Assembly: GCA_052388075.1 (NCBI GenBank)
Contig: JBQTIO010000109.1
Location: 1 to 50,970, forward strand
Length of the DNA stretch: 50,970 nucleotides
Direction: 5' to 3'
Source of the DNA: Nitrospiraceae bacterium
GTDB taxonomy: Bacteria > Nitrospirota > Nitrospiria > Nitrospirales > Nitrospiraceae
Notes under the pieces: generated by a model
Told to the model about the DNA's origin: nothing
The model's input: the letters and a program-made list of their open reading frames with translations, nothing else
Databases searched by the model: none
Translations under genes and position numbers: made by a program
Shown here: one piece after another, positions 42,494-50,970 of the stretch
Layout: each line of letters opens with the position of its first letter
How positions within the stretch are numbered: the first letter of the stretch is position 1

Positions 42494-42649
42494 ATGAACG
42501 AAGACGATATCGAACTGCCGATTCTCCCGCGTCTCGAAAAGGGCCCTCCGCCCGACTGTCCGATTTGTGGAGATCCGATGAGTTTCATCGACGGCGACTG
42601 GGCCTGTGTCGACTGTAACGGAGAGCTATTAGGGCCGGAAACGGGGTAA
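42494..42649 (+). CDS. 51-aa Zn-ribbon microprotein (CPxCG type)
   Basis: MNEDDIELPILPRLEKGPPPDCPICGDPMSFIDGDWACVDCNGELLGPETG; starts 5 nt after the thioredoxin stop. Confidence 0.75.
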   Translation: MNEDDIELPILPRLEKGPPPDCPICGDPMSFIDGDWACVDCNGELLGPETG

Positions 42650-42654
42650 AGACA

Positions 42655-42738
42655 CGTCATTCGAGATTCGTCGTTGGTCAATCGAGAAACGGCTATCTCC
42701 CTTCGTTACGGTTGACGAATGACCATTGACGAGTGACG
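42655..42738. repeat. Palindrome built from SGTCAWT heptamers
   Basis: cgtcatt-cgagatt-cgtcgtt-ggtcaat-cg ... cg-gttgacg-aatgacc-attgacg-agtgacg. Confidence 0.75.
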
Positions 42739-42747
42739 CTCTATCCC

Positions 42748-45700
42748 ATGCTCAACGTCATCACCGGTCGCTTTCATCCTTCCCTCGAAGTCTCCCTCAT
42801 CGATCACCTCAACCGGTTGAAGTCTGACGATCCCTTTGCGCCTCTCGCGATCCTTGTGCCATCACGACCGCTCCTCGACCACATCAAGCGTCTGCTGAGC
42901 CAGGAGCAACAGCGTTCATGGATCAATGTGCATGTACTCACCTTCCATCAATTGGCGCTCCGCCTGGCCGACGAGGTTCACGGTCAGGACCAATCCGTTC
43001 CGGTGCGAGTTGTTGATGATCTATTCTTTGAGCAATTCGTACGTTACCTGGTCCGCAACCAACTCTCAGGCCTGTCCCCCCTGCAACACATCGGACATTC
43101 GTCCGGTACCTGGGCGGCCCTGTGGTCGAGCGTGCGCGATCTGAAGGATGCAGGCGTCGATCCCGCGGCGGCCATCCGCGGACTCACAGAAGGCTGTTTC
43201 GACAAGGATGACAGGGACTGGCTCCATGCGCTCTTCTCCCTATGCGCCGCCGTGAAGGAGGTGGGCAGAACCCTTGAAGTAGGCACCGCCGACGATCTTG
43301 CCGAATCTATCCTTCCCTTCGTTCCCTCGTCACCGTTTCTTGCGTCGCTCAGACACGCTTTCTATTACGGTTTCTACGACCTGACGCAGGTGCAGCTGTC
43401 CCTGTTTGGGGCGATCAGCGCCGCGGCCCCGACGACGCTCTTCTTCCCTTTGGAAGGGGGGCCCTCGTTCGGTTTTGCCCGGCGCTTCTTCGATCGCCAC
43501 ATTCAACCGCTGGTGTCGAGGCCGGAGGCGCTCATCCGATTCCCGGTGCCGGAGCCCTCTGTGAATGCCGACCGCCCGGCGCTGACCATTTCCAGCGTCA
43601 TCGGACCGGAGGAAGAACTGGCTTCGACCTGCCGCACGATCCTCGATCTGGTCGAGACGAACGGCTTTCGGTTCGAGGAAATCGGCGTGGTGGCGAGAAC
43701 GTTAGATCCCTACTGCACGCTCATCCAGGGGGTGTTCGACCGCCATTGTGTTCCCTTCGAGGCCACGGCAGCACGGCCGCTGATTCATGAGCCGCTCTGC
43801 AAGCTCCTGCTCCAACTGGCCTCGTTGCCGCTCAACGATTTCTATCGTACATCGATGCTCGACATCATCACGTCTCCCCTCTATCAGTCCTCCACGGAAT
43901 CGGTCGGGTCGGTCCATTATCGTCCCGAACAATGGAAGGTGTTGGTCTCGGTGCTCCACATCACGCATGGCCGGGATGAATGGGAGCGTGTCAAGCAGGC
44001 CAGTCAGGCTGCGCTCGCACTGGATGGGGAGGAAGATGACGCCACGCAACGCGTTTCAGTGAATATCGCGCCGGACGTCAGCGCGCTGTGCTGGCAAGTA
44101 GTGGCGAAGCTGCTCGACGAATGCGCGGCGCTGCCGCCGCGTGGCACGATCGGGCAGTTGTTGGACGCGTTTCAGCAGCTGGTGTTCCGGCATGTCCGCC
44201 GTCCGGGGGCCGAATTGGTCGAGGTAGATGATCCTCGCACCCCCCGATTGCACTCTACCTGGAATGTCATCGAGCGGACTTTGAGCACCCTCCAGCATCT
44301 CGATGTGATCGGGGAGGACTTGAGTTGGGCGGAGTTCGTCAACCTGTTAACCCATGCGTTCGAACGTGCCTCCGTCCCGGTGAGCTCTGGTGCGCATCGG
44401 GGTGTGCGCGTGCTCGATGCCATGGCGGCGCGTGGCCTTCCGTTCAAGGCGCTGTTCGTCCTCGGCCTGAATGACAAGACCTTTCCCCGTTACATCCTGG
44501 AAGATCCCTTTCTGCGCGATCGACACCGGCTGGTTCTCGATACCACGCTCGGATTCAAGATCGACGAGAAGCTCGCGGGCTATGACGAGGAGGGGCTGTT
44601 ATTTACACTGCTCTGCCAGGCCGCAACACAGCGGCTCTATGTGTCGTTTCAGCGCGCCGACGACAACGGGCGGGTCCTGGCTGCGTCGCCCTATGTCATG
44701 GAGGGCGCCAAGCGGTTGAACCTTCCTGATTGTCCGATCGAATCTGTGCCACGTCGCCTGACGGATCGGATCGCCCACCGGCCGGCAATGCGTCTATTTC
44801 TTCCTCCGGCGGACTTGACCCAGTGGATGGCAATGCAGGGACGGGATCCCGTTCCGTTGCTGCTTGCAATCGGACAGGATGCCGAGCTGTTCCGCCATGC
44901 TGCCACGGCATTAGATCACATCGAAGCAGATAGCCCGTCACTCACGGCATTCGACGGCCAGACCGGCCCGCTGTCCTCTCATTGGTCACGCATCGTCCAA
45001 CGAGGGATTGCTCCAACGCCGCTTGAACGATATGCCCGCTGTCCCTTCCAATACTTCGCTGCGGATGTGCTGCGTCTCGAACCGGTTCGTCTGCCCATCA
45101 CCCAGGAGCCGGACGCCGTGGTGCTCGGCACGTTCTGTCATGCCGTCTTACGAAGGTGCTATGAGTCGCTGCTACGCGCCGGCTGGCCGGGGTCATCATT
45201 GACCGGTGAGGTCATGCGCCGATTTGTCGACGAATCCATTGAGCAGGCGACCGCAGACTCCAAGATCCAACATCAGATCGGATACTATCTCTTATGGGAA
45301 TTAGCCAAGGAACAGATCGCTGCGTTGGTCCTCGCCGCAGTCAATGAACCGGCTCAGGCCGAAGACTTGTACCAGCCGATTGCCTTTGAGGTGGAGGCGG
45401 AGGGAGAAATTCGGGTCACCATGCGAGGCCATTCTGTTCCCATAAAGGTCCAAGGCCGAGTGGACCGAATCGATCGTCACCGTGACTCCGGTGCCCTTCG
45501 AATCGTGGATTACAAATACAAGTCCGGTTCGGCGATGAAGTCCGAGGACCGGCATCTGGTCCAGTCCGCCGCTCAGGGGAAGAGAATGCAGCCTCCGCTG
45601 TATGCCTGTCTGGATTTTCCGGAACAGGACTCCGCCAGGGAAGTGCAATTGTTCTTTCTGGCACCACACTGGCCGGTGTCCATTGTTCGTTCCACCTTTT

Positions 45701-45933
45701 CGAGCAGCGTCTGGGCATCGGAATCCGGCGCATTGATCCGGCAGACGCTGACCAGATTGGCGGAAGGCATCAGCGACGGGCGGTTCTTCATTGTGCCTGG
45801 CACGCACTGCAAGACGTGCGACTACCGCGTGGCCTGCCGGCGCGAACATCAGCTGACCTGGTGGCGCGCGTCCCGTTCCGCGGAATCCAAGGAACTTCGA
45901 TCGTTACGCACCCTACGGGTCAAAGATGAGTAG
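42748..45933 (+). CDS. addB: ATP-dependent helicase/nuclease subunit B (AddB/RexB-like)
   Basis: Degenerate helicase N-terminus (GRFHPSLE in place of Walker A; ILVPS; GFYDLT; ARGLPF..LFVLGLN); nuclease GRVDRID...IVDYK; Fe-S staple cysteines RCPF + HCKTC...VAC. Confidence 0.85.
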   Translation: MLNVITGRFHPSLEVSLIDHLNRLKSDDPFAPLAILVPSRPLLDHIKRLLSQEQQRSWINVHVLTFHQLALRLADEVHGQDQSVPVRVVDDLFFEQFVRYLVRNQLSGLSPLQHIGHSSGTWAALWSSVRDLKDAGVDPAAAIRGLTEGCFDKDDRDWLHALFSLCAAVKEVGRTLEVGTADDLAESILPFVPSSPFLASLRHAFYYGFYDLTQVQLSLFGAISAAAPTTLFFPLEGGPSFGFARRFFDRHIQPLVSRPEALIRFPVPEPSVNADRPALTISSVIGPEEELASTCRTILDLVETNGFRFEEIGVVARTLDPYCTLIQGVFDRHCVPFEATAARPLIHEPLCKLLLQLASLPLNDFYRTSMLDIITSPLYQSSTESVGSVHYRPEQWKVLVSVLHITHGRDEWERVKQASQAALALDGEEDDATQRVSVNIAPDVSALCWQVVAKLLDECAALPPRGTIGQLLDAFQQLVFRHVRRPGAELVEVDDPRTPRLHSTWNVIERTLSTLQHLDVIGEDLSWAEFVNLLTHAFERASVPVSSGAHRGVRVLDAMAARGLPFKALFVLGLNDKTFPRYILEDPFLRDRHRLVLDTTLGFKIDEKLAGYDEEGLLFTLLCQAATQRLYVSFQRADDNGRVLAASPYVMEGAKRLNLPDCPIESVPRRLTDRIAHRPAMRLFLPPADLTQWMAMQGRDPVPLLLAIGQDAELFRHAATALDHIEADSPSLTAFDGQTGPLSSHWSRIVQRGIAPTPLERYARCPFQYFAADVLRLEPVRLPITQEPDAVVLGTFCHAVLRRCYESLLRAGWPGSSLTGEVMRRFVDESIEQATADSKIQHQIGYYLLWELAKEQIAALVLAAVNEPAQAEDLYQPIAFEVEAEGEIRVTMRGHSVPIKVQGRVDRIDRHRDSGALRIVDYKYKSGSAMKSEDRHLVQSAAQGKRMQPPLYACLDFPEQDSAREVQLFFLAPHWPVSIVRSTFSSSVWASESGALIRQTLTRLAEGISDGRFFIVPGTHCKTCDYRVACRREHQLTWWRASRSAESKELRSLRTLRVKDE

Positions 45934-48900
45934 CCAAGACCAGATTCCGGATCGCAGCGCCCGTGAGGCAGCCGAGACGACGTTTGATCGCAACGTCGTC
46001 GTGGTGGCCGGTGCGGGAACCGGTAAGACGACCCTATTGGTCAACCGCCTCGTGCATCTGTTGATGAAAGAGCCTCGCCCAATTGCGATCACGGAGATCG
46101 TTGCCCTGACCTTCACGAACAGAGCGGCGACCGAAATGAAGGTGCGGTTGCGGGAACGTCTGGGGCTGTTGGCCGACCTCCAGGCTGATGCAAGTGTTGC
46201 GCACGGCGGTGCCGCGGTCTCCTTCCGGGACCTGCAGGCACGGTACGGGCTCACGAGGGCTGAGATTGCAGCGCGTGCCGGAACTGCCCTCAGGGATATT
46301 GAGAAGGCGCAGATCGGCACGCTCCACAGCTTCGCCGCCCACTTGCTCCGACTCCACCCCCTGGAAAGCGGCGTTGACCCTCATTTCCGGGAAGACGACG
46401 GGTTACGGTTCGAGGAACATTTCACCCGATGCTGGGATGTCTGGATCGATCAAGAGCTGAGCCGGAAGGGAACACACCATGCCTTCTGGAGAACGATGCT
46501 TCAGCGGGCCGGTATCGACCATTTTCGGGCACTTGCGCAGGCACTGTGCAGCGAGTTGGTGGATCTGTCTGCGCTCTCGACACAGTTGGAGAGCGCGCGG
46601 CTCGGCTCAGCGCAAGTCCAGTGGCTGAGCGAGACCGGAAGTCGTGCTCGGGCTTTACTGGACCGATACGACCGGCCCAAGCGCCGGAAGATCGAGGAGA
46701 TGCTCAGGTCAACAGTGGCCCTGACCACACGACTGCTGGACCATGGCGTTGACGCGGTCGATGAAGTTCCGGCCGTCGATCGACAATGGTTCGAGAAGGA
46801 ATTGGACTCGAAGCCGGCAAATGGATGGGAGATGGCCGATCATCATGAGGCCGCTCTGCTGATCAAGATAGCCAAACAGATCCTTGCAGTTGATCATGCT
46901 TTCTTCATCAATCTGTTGAAGATTATCGCTCCGGTGGTATCGGACATTCGGTCCTCCTTTGTCGCGCAGAGCTGGCTGTCGTTTGATGGCCTGTTGGCCC
47001 GGGCGCGAAGGCTCCTTCATGAACATCCCGCAATACGGGAACGCATCAAGCGGGACTATCGGGCTGTCCTTGTCGACGAGTTTCAAGATACGGATCCGGT
47101 GCAGTACGAAATCATCTTGGCAGTCTCGGAACAACTCGGCTGCCATGCCACGGCGTGGCAGGACATCACCCTCGAACCAGGCAAGTTATTCATTGTCGGA
47201 GATCCGAAACAATCCATTTATGCCTTTCGGCGTGCCGACATCGAAGCCTTCGATCGCGTTGTCGACAAGATTGCAGCTGATCGCGGAGTCGTCCAGACCC
47301 TCACGACCAATTTTCGCAGCGCCGCCGCTGTGCTAGGTCCAATCAACGAGGTCTTCGATCGGCTCTTTGTCCGCCGTCCCCTCGTGCAGCCGGCCAACGT
47401 GAGATTGGCGGTGCGCCCGGGACGCCGGCCGACCGGTCTCGAGCCGGGCGTGCAAATGCTGGTGACGGCGCCATCAGAGGCTGAGGGGACTTTTGATGCA
47501 GACGACGCGGTCCGGGCGGAGGGAGAAGTCCTGGCTCGTTGGTTGAAGGAGGAGGTGCTCTCCCGCCCGAACCTTTCAGCCGGACAAGTCGCTCTGCTCT
47601 TCCGAAAACTGACAACGGCGGATGGCTATCTTGACGCGCTCAGGCGCTACAACATTCCCTATGTGATCGAGGGGGAGAAACACTTCTATCGGCGACAGGA
47701 GATTATCGACCTGGTTAACGTGCTTCGCGTGCTCGACCAGCCGCGCGACCGCATCGCACTGACGGGGGTCTTGCGTTCGCCCCTCGGCGGGTTAACGGAT
47801 CGTGAAGTGGTCGAATTCCAGGAGGCCGGCCTGGTGGACTATCTGGTTGAACCAAGACTGGAATCGTTCACGCATCCACGCGCCGAGGCTGTCGGTCGCT
47901 TATACCGACAGTTGGCCTGGCTGCATCGAGAAGCGCCTGCGTTTCCGCTTGCGGATATCATTCAATTGGTGTTGGATCGCCTCCCGATCTTGGAACTGGC
48001 CGCCGCATCGCTGCATGGGGAGCAGGCGGTCGCGAATCTCCTGAAAGTCAAGCACATGGCGACCTCCCTCTCGGATCGGGCACACCTGACGCTGAGTGCC
48101 TTCGTTGACCTGATGGTCGAGCGGTTGGATGAACAGCCGGAGGAAGCGGAGAGTCCGTTGGCCGAGGAATCTTCCGATGCCGTGCACATCCTGACGATTC
48201 ACAAGGCCAAGGGGTTGGAATTTCCCGTGGTCGTGCTCCCCGGGCTGCATCAGGGTGGGGGCCGCGAACGGTCGGTTCCCCCGGTGGTCTATGATTGGTC
48301 GAGCGGGACCTATGGGCTGTCTCTCGGTGAACGACGGACTATCGGCGCCGTGTTGTCGCAGGCAAAATTCGCGGTGCGGGAAGAAGCGGAACGGCGGCGC
48401 GTGTTGTATGTCGGGATGACGAGGGCAAAAGATCTGTTGATCCTCTCGGGCGGTCTGGTTGTCCGATCGATGGGCGAGACCACGTTGGACTGGTTGCAAG
48501 AGATCGGACAGGGGAGGGTGGGCGAGGCCGCGACGCAACAACTGCGTATCGGCGCGAGCACCATTCCGCATCGTGTCATCCGGGCGCCTGATCGAAAATG
48601 GCCGAAGCGGTCGCTGACGACTATCACCGGGGCATCCACCCTCGATCCGTCGTCGATCGCCCACCTATGGAGTGAGCGTAAGGGACGATGGATGGCAGCC
48701 CGCGCGACCGAGTGGCATCTCACTCCAACGGCGATCGCTCGGCACGAGAGAGACTTTCGGCTTCCATCCACCGAAGCAAGTGACGGACGTGAGATAGGTC
48801 GACTGGTTGGGGTGATCGCACACCGGATTCTCCAGCGGTGGGATTTTTCCGCAGCGCCAAGCCGATTGTCGGATCAGATTGGCCCGGCCCTCCGGGCGGT

Positions 48901-49279
48901 TCTTGGACCCGACGAGCAGTCCCTCCTCCCGGTCGTGGGTAACTCGCTTCGTGAGCTCTTCGCCATATTTGGATTATCCGATTCCTATGCGAGGCTGCGC
49001 TCGGCTGAGATTCTCGGCCGGGAAGTCCCGTTCATCCTGCCCTGGGGGGATGGGCAGGTGATGGAGGGGGTAATCGATCTCGTCTACCGTCTTGGCGACG
49101 CGATTTGGATTGCCGATTACAAGACAGATTCTGTCACCTCCGCCCAGGCTGAGGAGCAGGCGGAGCAACACCGGATGCAAGGCGAGATCTATAAGACAGC
49201 TGTCAGGCACGCGCTGGAAGTTGAAGCCGTCCGGTTCCAGTGCCTCTTTGTCCGCTGCGGGACCGCCGTAGAACTCTAA
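45926..49279 (+). CDS. addA: ATP-dependent helicase/nuclease subunit A (AddA, UvrD + PD-(D/E)xK)
   Basis: AGAGTGKT, LTFTNRAA.EM, GTLHSF, VDEFQDT, VGDPKQSIYAFR, TIHKAKGLEF, YVGMTRA; nuclease GVIDL...ADYKT; overlaps addB by 8 nt. Confidence 0.92.
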   Translation: MSSQDQIPDRSAREAAETTFDRNVVVVAGAGTGKTTLLVNRLVHLLMKEPRPIAITEIVALTFTNRAATEMKVRLRERLGLLADLQADASVAHGGAAVSFRDLQARYGLTRAEIAARAGTALRDIEKAQIGTLHSFAAHLLRLHPLESGVDPHFREDDGLRFEEHFTRCWDVWIDQELSRKGTHHAFWRTMLQRAGIDHFRALAQALCSELVDLSALSTQLESARLGSAQVQWLSETGSRARALLDRYDRPKRRKIEEMLRSTVALTTRLLDHGVDAVDEVPAVDRQWFEKELDSKPANGWEMADHHEAALLIKIAKQILAVDHAFFINLLKIIAPVVSDIRSSFVAQSWLSFDGLLARARRLLHEHPAIRERIKRDYRAVLVDEFQDTDPVQYEIILAVSEQLGCHATAWQDITLEPGKLFIVGDPKQSIYAFRRADIEAFDRVVDKIAADRGVVQTLTTNFRSAAAVLGPINEVFDRLFVRRPLVQPANVRLAVRPGRRPTGLEPGVQMLVTAPSEAEGTFDADDAVRAEGEVLARWLKEEVLSRPNLSAGQVALLFRKLTTADGYLDALRRYNIPYVIEGEKHFYRRQEIIDLVNVLRVLDQPRDRIALTGVLRSPLGGLTDREVVEFQEAGLVDYLVEPRLESFTHPRAEAVGRLYRQLAWLHREAPAFPLADIIQLVLDRLPILELAAASLHGEQAVANLLKVKHMATSLSDRAHLTLSAFVDLMVERLDEQPEEAESPLAEESSDAVHILTIHKAKGLEFPVVVLPGLHQGGGRERSVPPVVYDWSSGTYGLSLGERRTIGAVLSQAKFAVREEAERRRVLYVGMTRAKDLLILSGGLVVRSMGETTLDWLQEIGQGRVGEAATQQLRIGASTIPHRVIRAPDRKWPKRSLTTITGASTLDPSSIAHLWSERKGRWMAARATEWHLTPTAIARHERDFRLPSTEASDGREIGRLVGVIAHRILQRWDFSAAPSRLSDQIGPALRAVLGPDEQSLLPVVGNSLRELFAIFGLSDSYARLRSAEILGREVPFILPWGDGQVMEGVIDLVYRLGDAIWIADYKTDSVTSAQAEEQAEQHRMQGEIYKTAVRHALEVEAVRFQCLFVRCGTAVEL

Positions 49280-49298
49280 CTGCGGGAGTCGGAGAGAA

Positions 49299-49676
49299 AT
49301 GACGAGGGGCGAACCCATCTCATCCGAGGCCTTCGCCCGGCTGGTGCAACAGGCCGTGGCGGGCTTGCCGCCTGCCTATGCCAAGCTGATGGAGACCATC
49401 GCGGTGGTGGTGGAAGAGGAACCTCCGCGAGAAGTCCTGGATGATCTCGATCTGGATGCTGAGGACGAACTCTTCGGCCTATACCAGGGCCAGGCGTTGA
49501 CGGAAGAATCATTTTTCACGGCCGGCGGGGCGCAACCGGCGAGAATTTCGATTTACCGTGGACCGATTCTTCGTCGGTGTGAGAGCCAGGAGGAAATCGT
49601 CGAGGAGGTCTACGACACCGTGGTGCATGAACTCGGGCATCATGTCGGCCTGGAGGATGACGAGATGCCCTATTAA
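49299..49676 (+). CDS. Zincin-like metallopeptidase (Zincin_1)
   Basis: LFGLYQG, RISIYRGPI and TVVHELGHH (HExxH) motifs. Confidence 0.88.
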   Translation: MTRGEPISSEAFARLVQQAVAGLPPAYAKLMETIAVVVEEEPPREVLDDLDLDAEDELFGLYQGQALTEESFFTAGGAQPARISIYRGPILRRCESQEEIVEEVYDTVVHELGHHVGLEDDEMPY

Positions 49677-49688
49677 CCAACGCGTTGT

Positions 49689-49757
49689 TGAGTTGTTAGT
49701 TGTGGGTTTTTAGTTTATGGAGGCAGCCACAACTCAACACTCAAAATTAAAAACTCA
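49689..49757. repeat. AT-rich palindrome built from TKAGTTK heptamers between convergent genes (possible bidirectional terminator)
   Basis: tgagttg-ttagttg-tgggttt-ttagttt ... caactca-acactca-aaattaa-aaactca; the last unit contains the lgt stop codon. Confidence 0.75.
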
Positions 49758-50576
49758 AACCTTCGTTCTGGGCGATGGATTGGGCGCAGCTTTGTAGAAG
49801 CCCCACGCCAACATGATGATTCCGATCATCACCATCGGCGCCGACAGGAGTTGGCCCATGGTGATCGAGCCGAGCACGAAACCCATGTGCTGGTCCGGCT
49901 CTCGAAATAACTCCACGATCAGGCGGCAAAGGCCATAGCCGGCAAGAAAGCTCCAGAAGATGGTCCCAGGTGGCCTCGCCACGCGGCCGATGATCCATAG
50001 TGTGGTGAAGAGCAGCAGGCCTTCAAGCCCGGCTTCGTATAGCTGAGAGGGATGACGACAGGCAGGACCGCCTGCCGGAAACACCATGCACCAATCAACA
50101 TCCGTCGCCCGGCCGTAGAGTTCCCCGTTGATAAAATTTCCGAGTCGCCCAAACCCGAGTCCGATGGGGGTGACGGAGGCAGCCAAATCCGCGACCGCGT
50201 AGACAGGAATGTTTCGCTGCCTGCTGAACCAGACTAGTGCGATGACCGTGCCGATCAGGCCACCGTGGAAGGACATGCCGCCCTCCCAGACGGCAAAGAT
50301 CTTCAACGGATGCTGAGAATAATAGGGGAAATTGTAAAAAAAAGTGTACCCGATTCTACCGCCGAGAAACACTCCGAACGCCGCGAACACCACCATGTCA
50401 TAGATTTGATCGGGTTTGATGGCCAGGTCCTTCGCCGAAGCCTTGCGCTTGATGATGAGATAGGCGGCAGTGAGCCCGATCAGGTACATGAGCCCATACC
50501 AACGGAACTGGAGGGGACCGAATTCTAGAAAGACGGGGTTGATCTGGGGATAGGGAAGTGCGGCAAACGAGCCCAC
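49755..50576 (-). CDS. lgt: Prolipoprotein diacylglyceryl transferase
   Basis: RWYGLMY, GGRIGY, WEGGMSFHGG, GRLGNFINGELYGR, RHPSQLYE and ELFREPD motifs; GTG start at 50576 with GGAGG upstream (start uncertain). Confidence 0.95.
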   Translation of the reverse strand: MGSFAALPYPQINPVFLEFGPLQFRWYGLMYLIGLTAAYLIIKRKASAKDLAIKPDQIYDMVVFAAFGVFLGGRIGYTFFYNFPYYSQHPLKIFAVWEGGMSFHGGLIGTVIALVWFSRQRNIPVYAVADLAASVTPIGLGFGRLGNFINGELYGRATDVDWCMVFPAGGPACRHPSQLYEAGLEGLLLFTTLWIIGRVARPPGTIFWSFLAGYGLCRLIVELFREPDQHMGFVLGSITMGQLLSAPMVMIGIIMLAWGFYKAAPNPSPRTKV

Positions 50577-50839
50577 TCTGCCTCCGCCTTGGGGTATGTA
50601 GCGGATGATATGGGAGAAGGCATTCCATTGCAAGCCGACCGATCGGTTCCCTTCCCTGTGGTCGCGCGTCTCATCAAAATGGCTCTGGAAGCCGGCTGGC
50701 CTGGTGACACCAAAGTACTGTTGGATTTCTGAAACGACTGTGTCGGGAGTTGTTGACAAAACGAGACCCTTTATTAACCGGGCTTAATCGGAGAGTGGAT
50801 AATGGCCATATTTCGGTCATAAACCGGCTGATGACCGTC

Positions 50840-50855
50840 TGGCACGCTTACTGCT
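50840..50855 (+). promoter_or_regulatory. Sigma-54 (RpoN) -24/-12 promoter
   Basis: TGGCACGCTTACTGCT (GG-N10-GC), 80 nt upstream of an ATG with a strong SD. Confidence 0.7.
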
Positions 50856-50935
50856 GAGAGAAGTCAGTAACAGAAGAGATCCCGACCAGCGGCCTCTTCA
50901 CGCATGTTCCTACACACTCAATAGGGAGGTTCACC

Positions 50936-50970
50936 ATGTCGGAGCAAGGGAAACAAGTTGCCAAGGTTGC
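50936..50970 (+). CDS. 5' end of an unidentified CDS (MSEQGKQVAKV...), truncated by the window edge
   Basis: ATG at 50936 preceded by SD AGGGAGGT; frame is open to the end of the window. Confidence 0.6.
   Translation, partial: MSEQGKQVAKV

Noticed and set aside
42655-42738. CRISPR array or IS terminal repeats as explanation for the repeat elements
   Set aside because: Units are 7 bp, tandem and inverted, without unique spacers; no cas or transposase genes and no target-site duplications were seen.
42748-49279. AddB/AddA as an anti-phage helicase-nuclease or Cas4 system
   Set aside because: Domain layout, sizes, gene overlap and the Fe-S staple match housekeeping AddAB, and there is no defence-island context.
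50577-50759. 61-aa N-terminal extension of Lgt in the ORF track
   Set aside because: Lgt similarity begins at ALPYPQINPV; GTG 50576 has a GGAGG SD, and the extension runs through the divergent regulatory region.
50797-50860. Fluoride (GCTGATGAC) or TPP (GCTGAGA, GGATAAT) riboswitch
   Set aside because: The fluoride 5' GATGG pseudoknot partner is missing and the TPP motifs are out of order; a sigma-54 promoter explains the region better.

Overview
GC-rich (~60% by eye) bacterial core-genome segment, most likely from Nitrospira/Nitrospirota. That assignment is an inference from several single-domain PilZ genes, the lnt-prfB-lysS-lolCE-lolD order and an archaeal-type topoisomerase VI. In order, the window holds msrB, PilZ proteins, an MFS transporter and a Nudix hydrolase, then a short mutY-mutT-DEDDy exonuclease operon. 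Next come mtaB-miaB, ampG, class II ribonucleotide reductase nrdJ with tandem NrdR boxes, rlpA, a CNNM/CorC protein and ligA. A LysM lipoprotein gene is followed by a complete trpEGDCFBA operon, then lolD-lolC/E-lysS-prfB (programmed +1 frameshift)-lnt. The last block is a probable 6S RNA, top6B-top6A, a thioredoxin-like gene, a 51-aa Zn-ribbon microprotein, addB-addA, a zincin and lgt. No transposase, prophage, CRISPR array, tRNA or rRNA was seen. Most notable observations: (i) Topo VI co-oriented with an AddAB resection machine and two small Cys proteins; (ii) four unrelated-sequence palindromes built from 7-bp tandem units at gene junctions, one translated into the RF2 C-terminus; (iii) a MutY lacking its C-terminal domain directly followed by MutT and a stand-alone proofreading-type exonuclease; (iv) a sigma-54-driven small membrane protein plus lipoprotein; (v) a structured leader before the CNNM gene. 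All calls come from manual motif recognition; no database searches were run.
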